A stretch of 63,990 nucleotides of DNA, the filler included, from Asterionella formosa (lineage: Eukaryota), in assembly GCA_002256025.1 (NCBI GenBank). It is 17 parts of 17 records of this genome, joined end to end, with 100 filler letters (N's around TTAATTAATTAA, not from the genome) between each part and the next. Parts side by side here need not be neighbours in the genome. Positions count along the whole stretch, not along the records: positions 61,267 to 62,578 come from NKIB01003069.1; positions 62,679 to 63,990 come from NKIB01003070.1; 15 more parts are not named here. One strand, given 5' to 3'. Positions 61,267-63,990 of the stretch are shown in pieces; position 1 is the first letter of the stretch, and each line of letters opens with the position of its first letter. The notes under the pieces are model-generated. The model saw only the letters and a list, made by a program, of their open reading frames with translations, made no database searches and was not told the DNA's origin. A program made the translations under genes and the position numbers.

Positions 61267-62578
61267 GGTACTACTCCGACTACCCCCAGTATATCACTTA
61301 CTACCTGCTACTGGTACCCTGTATGTATAAATGATACATTGTTATTGTCATATGATGTACCGGTACACATGAAGAACTCCCGCCCCAAAAAGGGGCTTAA
61401 ACAATTTGCTACCAAAATCTTTGCGTATAAATAATGATACATATGGGTTATGACTTAGTACACAAATTGAATGGTCTAAATAATTAGTTCATGATGCAAA
61501 CAAATTTCAAAAAAACAGTACCGGTACGCGAAGTCGTGGAAAACAATGGACATCGAATTATCTATATGCAAATATGATCATCTCAACAATACCAGATGTT
61601 CCATATTGAGAGTGCCTTTGATTTCTATAAATGTACGACACTTGATATATTTATATATATACAAATTTTACATGGCAAATATATTTGAAATCGTTCTGTC
61701 GTGTTAACAAACAATACCTGCTTCATGAAAAGAAATATCGTAGTAAAGCACATGACAAGGAAGGAAAAGTTTACGCAATAACGAAAAACATTGTGGCTTC
61801 GACACATTGCGCCTTCGAAGGATGGAGTATGTTTAAGGTAATGAAGCCATCAATGTGGTGCTTGGATGAAAATCGTTGGGAGGCAGGACAACAACAAATT
61901 GTAAACTAAACGCATATTTCCTTTTTTCTCATTTGAATCAACAGCTCGTTTCGCTGGTTGGGGAGCACCAATGTAAAACAAAACAAAATTGGTAAGTGCT
62001 CTTATCATTGGACTTATTCACTTCTGATGGAACATCACTGACGGACACGCCACTTTACCTTCTCTCAAAGTTAAGCTAACGAAAATGAATCGGTAAGTTT
62101 TATTTGGGAACATTGGAAACATGAAACTTACTTATTCAAGATTTTACTGACAATTTGCTATTACAGACTTATACATCACTTGCTTTGATTTGGCTGTGGT
62201 AAGTGAAGTAAGCAAAAGGATACGATGGAATGGCCTGATGTTGTGTCAGTGTAACATGTCCAGCTAACAAGTTGTTTCTTCTCATTGTTACTGTAACTGC
62301 ATAAGACAATCAAACCAATCAAACGGAATAGCCGCGTCTGTAAATAAAAAATATCATGAAAATATGATCAAGGGTATCGTACGCTAAGTGGCACAGGATT
62401 TTCGTATATATGATAATTTTTGGATCAAAAATATGATCAAGGTATCTTGTATCTATGATGATTTATTAATATGTTACCGACCTTGATGTATAATGATAAT
62501 AAGAACATTATCATCACACAATGTATATAAACTGATCAACAACATTTCCCATCAATATCATAAACCTTCTCATATTAT
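61267..62578. repeat. Copy of the dispersed repeat family (collinear with ~37625-38750, then inverted match to 39346-39103)
   Basis: Direct sequence similarity in both segments. Confidence 0.85.
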
Positions 62579-63370
62579 NNNNNNNNNNNNNNNNNNNNNN
62601 NNNNNNNNNNNNNNNNNNNNNNTTAATTAATTAANNNNNNNNNNNNNNNNNNNNNNNNNNNNNNNNNNNNNNNNNNNNACTTTGGTGTAAAATTTGAGTT
62701 AGATTAGTGCGGAACTGTACACTATATTGACATAATGGGTTCTGTTCATCAACGTATTTGCAAACTACCACTCTTACAGAAAATTATTTATAGAATAAAC
62801 TGATGTCGTTCTCACACATGATACCATACCGGTACCAATAACAGTACATGTAACATGTATGATTATTTTATTTATGTCGCAGAGATTTGTAGAAAAGCGT
62901 ATTTATGAACGAGTCGTCTCCATATCGGCACCCAGATTAAAAGTACCTAACTCTGGCTGTACCCAGATTTTAATGAACTTCGAACTACTGGTACCGGTAC
63001 CGGTATGTAATGGGGATGTGTGTTGTGTGTTGTGTGTTGTGTGTTGTGCACCACCCCCAACAAGGGACCGTGTTACAAAATAACGGTAGACAACCTATTC
63101 CGGGTACGGGTAATTGTTATATGTACCGGTAGCACTTTAGTAAGTACCTAGAATAGACCTAGACTAACGGTACCGCTACGGCTACCGCTACCACTACTGC
63201 TACCGCACCCGCGAATGCGAATTATATATATGACGTGCATAACATTATAATAATTTGTAACATTTTTACATGACCATCACTCTGGTAAGTACAACAAAGT
63301 GCACTCACTTCTACATATTGATATCAAAAGACAAACAGCACGTACTAACACATTCATTCTCATAACAGTT

Positions 63371-63660
63371 TCCATCTACCGGTATAGGATTAGTCATACT
63401 GTGTGCTACAGTTACATGTCCAGCCCTAGAAGGGCTGGATGCTCTATAGGGAAGACGCCTAGAGGCGTCTTCCCTTTGCCCTAACCCTAACAATATAGGG
63501 ATGACGACTAGAGGCGTTGTCCATTTGCCCTAACACTAACCCTCCATCTATAGGATTAGTCATACTGTGTGCTACAGTTACATGACCAGCCCTAGAAGGG
63601 CTGGATGCTCTATAGGGATGACGCCTAGAGGCGTCATACCCATTTCCCTTTTACCCTAAA
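63371..63660. repeat. Tandem duplication (~170 bp) of hairpin-containing units with CCCTAA motifs
   Basis: TAGGATTAGTCATACTGTGTGCTACAGTTACATG.CCAGCCCTAGAAGGGCTGGATGCTCTATAGGGA.GACGCCTAGAGGCGTC occurs twice. Confidence 0.85.
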
Positions 63661-63990
63661 TCAAAAAAAAATGTGGTACCATTTATTTGAGATCTGGCCA
63701 TTGCAAATCAGTGAGACAGGGTATGCTGCTTTTGCATACTGCAACAACTGTGATATCCCCCCGGGTTTGAGGAATATTGGATTTCACAGAATCAGAAATG
63801 CTTTGTCTGGGACTTAAATAAATCAAAAAAATCTTTGTAAACATTTTGTGCCATCCAGCCGCTTTACACATTTTTGTAAACTTTTTCAACACATTGTGGT
63901 GATCGGAAGTATGTACCTGGACACCATAGACACTTTTGCCACACTTCCAGATCAGATCAATTGCAGGAAAATTGCAGTTTTTGGGTACAT

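Noticed and set aside
21365..62678. Recurring TTAATTAATTAA within N runs, and ORFs ending in X..LIN
   Set aside because: These are artificial contig linkers. ORF ends there and any neighbourhood across them are not biological.
63479..63545. CCCTAA repeats as a true telomere
   Set aside because: Only two to three imperfect units, internal to the contig.

Overview
This is eukaryotic nuclear DNA, most probably from a diatom (inferred from short GT-AG introns, CoDi-type copia elements, a Crypton, and intron-bearing or presequence-bearing bacterial-type genes). It is not contiguous: 17 contigs are joined by 100-nt N spacers carrying TTAATTAATTAA. There are two ~21-kb gene-rich contigs (1-21364, 21465-42799) and fifteen 1312-1313-bp fragments, so adjacency across spacers means nothing. 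Contig 1 encodes a Dld-type D-lactate dehydrogenase, a 3-exon mitochondrial thiolase, a Branch/DUF266 glycosyltransferase-like protein, a 3759-aa BEACH-WD40 protein and the 5' end of a CoDi copia element. Contig 2 encodes Misato, an SPX-EXS phosphate exporter, D-2-hydroxyglutarate dehydrogenase, and a head-to-head pair of hybrid-cluster protein (hcp) and an atypical soluble diflavin reductase, followed by repeats. The short fragments are mostly transposon pieces (Plavaka-like x4, pogo-like x2, Crypton), plus gyrB, ARM-repeat, coiled-coil and P2X7-ballast-like ORFs. The best leads are: (1) a candidate mitochondrial Hcp/diflavin-reductase NO-detoxification module; (2) a copia LTR element whose PBS is complementary to its own LTR, suggesting Tf1-like self-priming; (3) pervasive TA-CC(N)GG-TA motifs that behave like stacked transposon excision footprints, with two empty/filled site pairs visible. 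All family assignments come from motif recognition by eye, not database searches.
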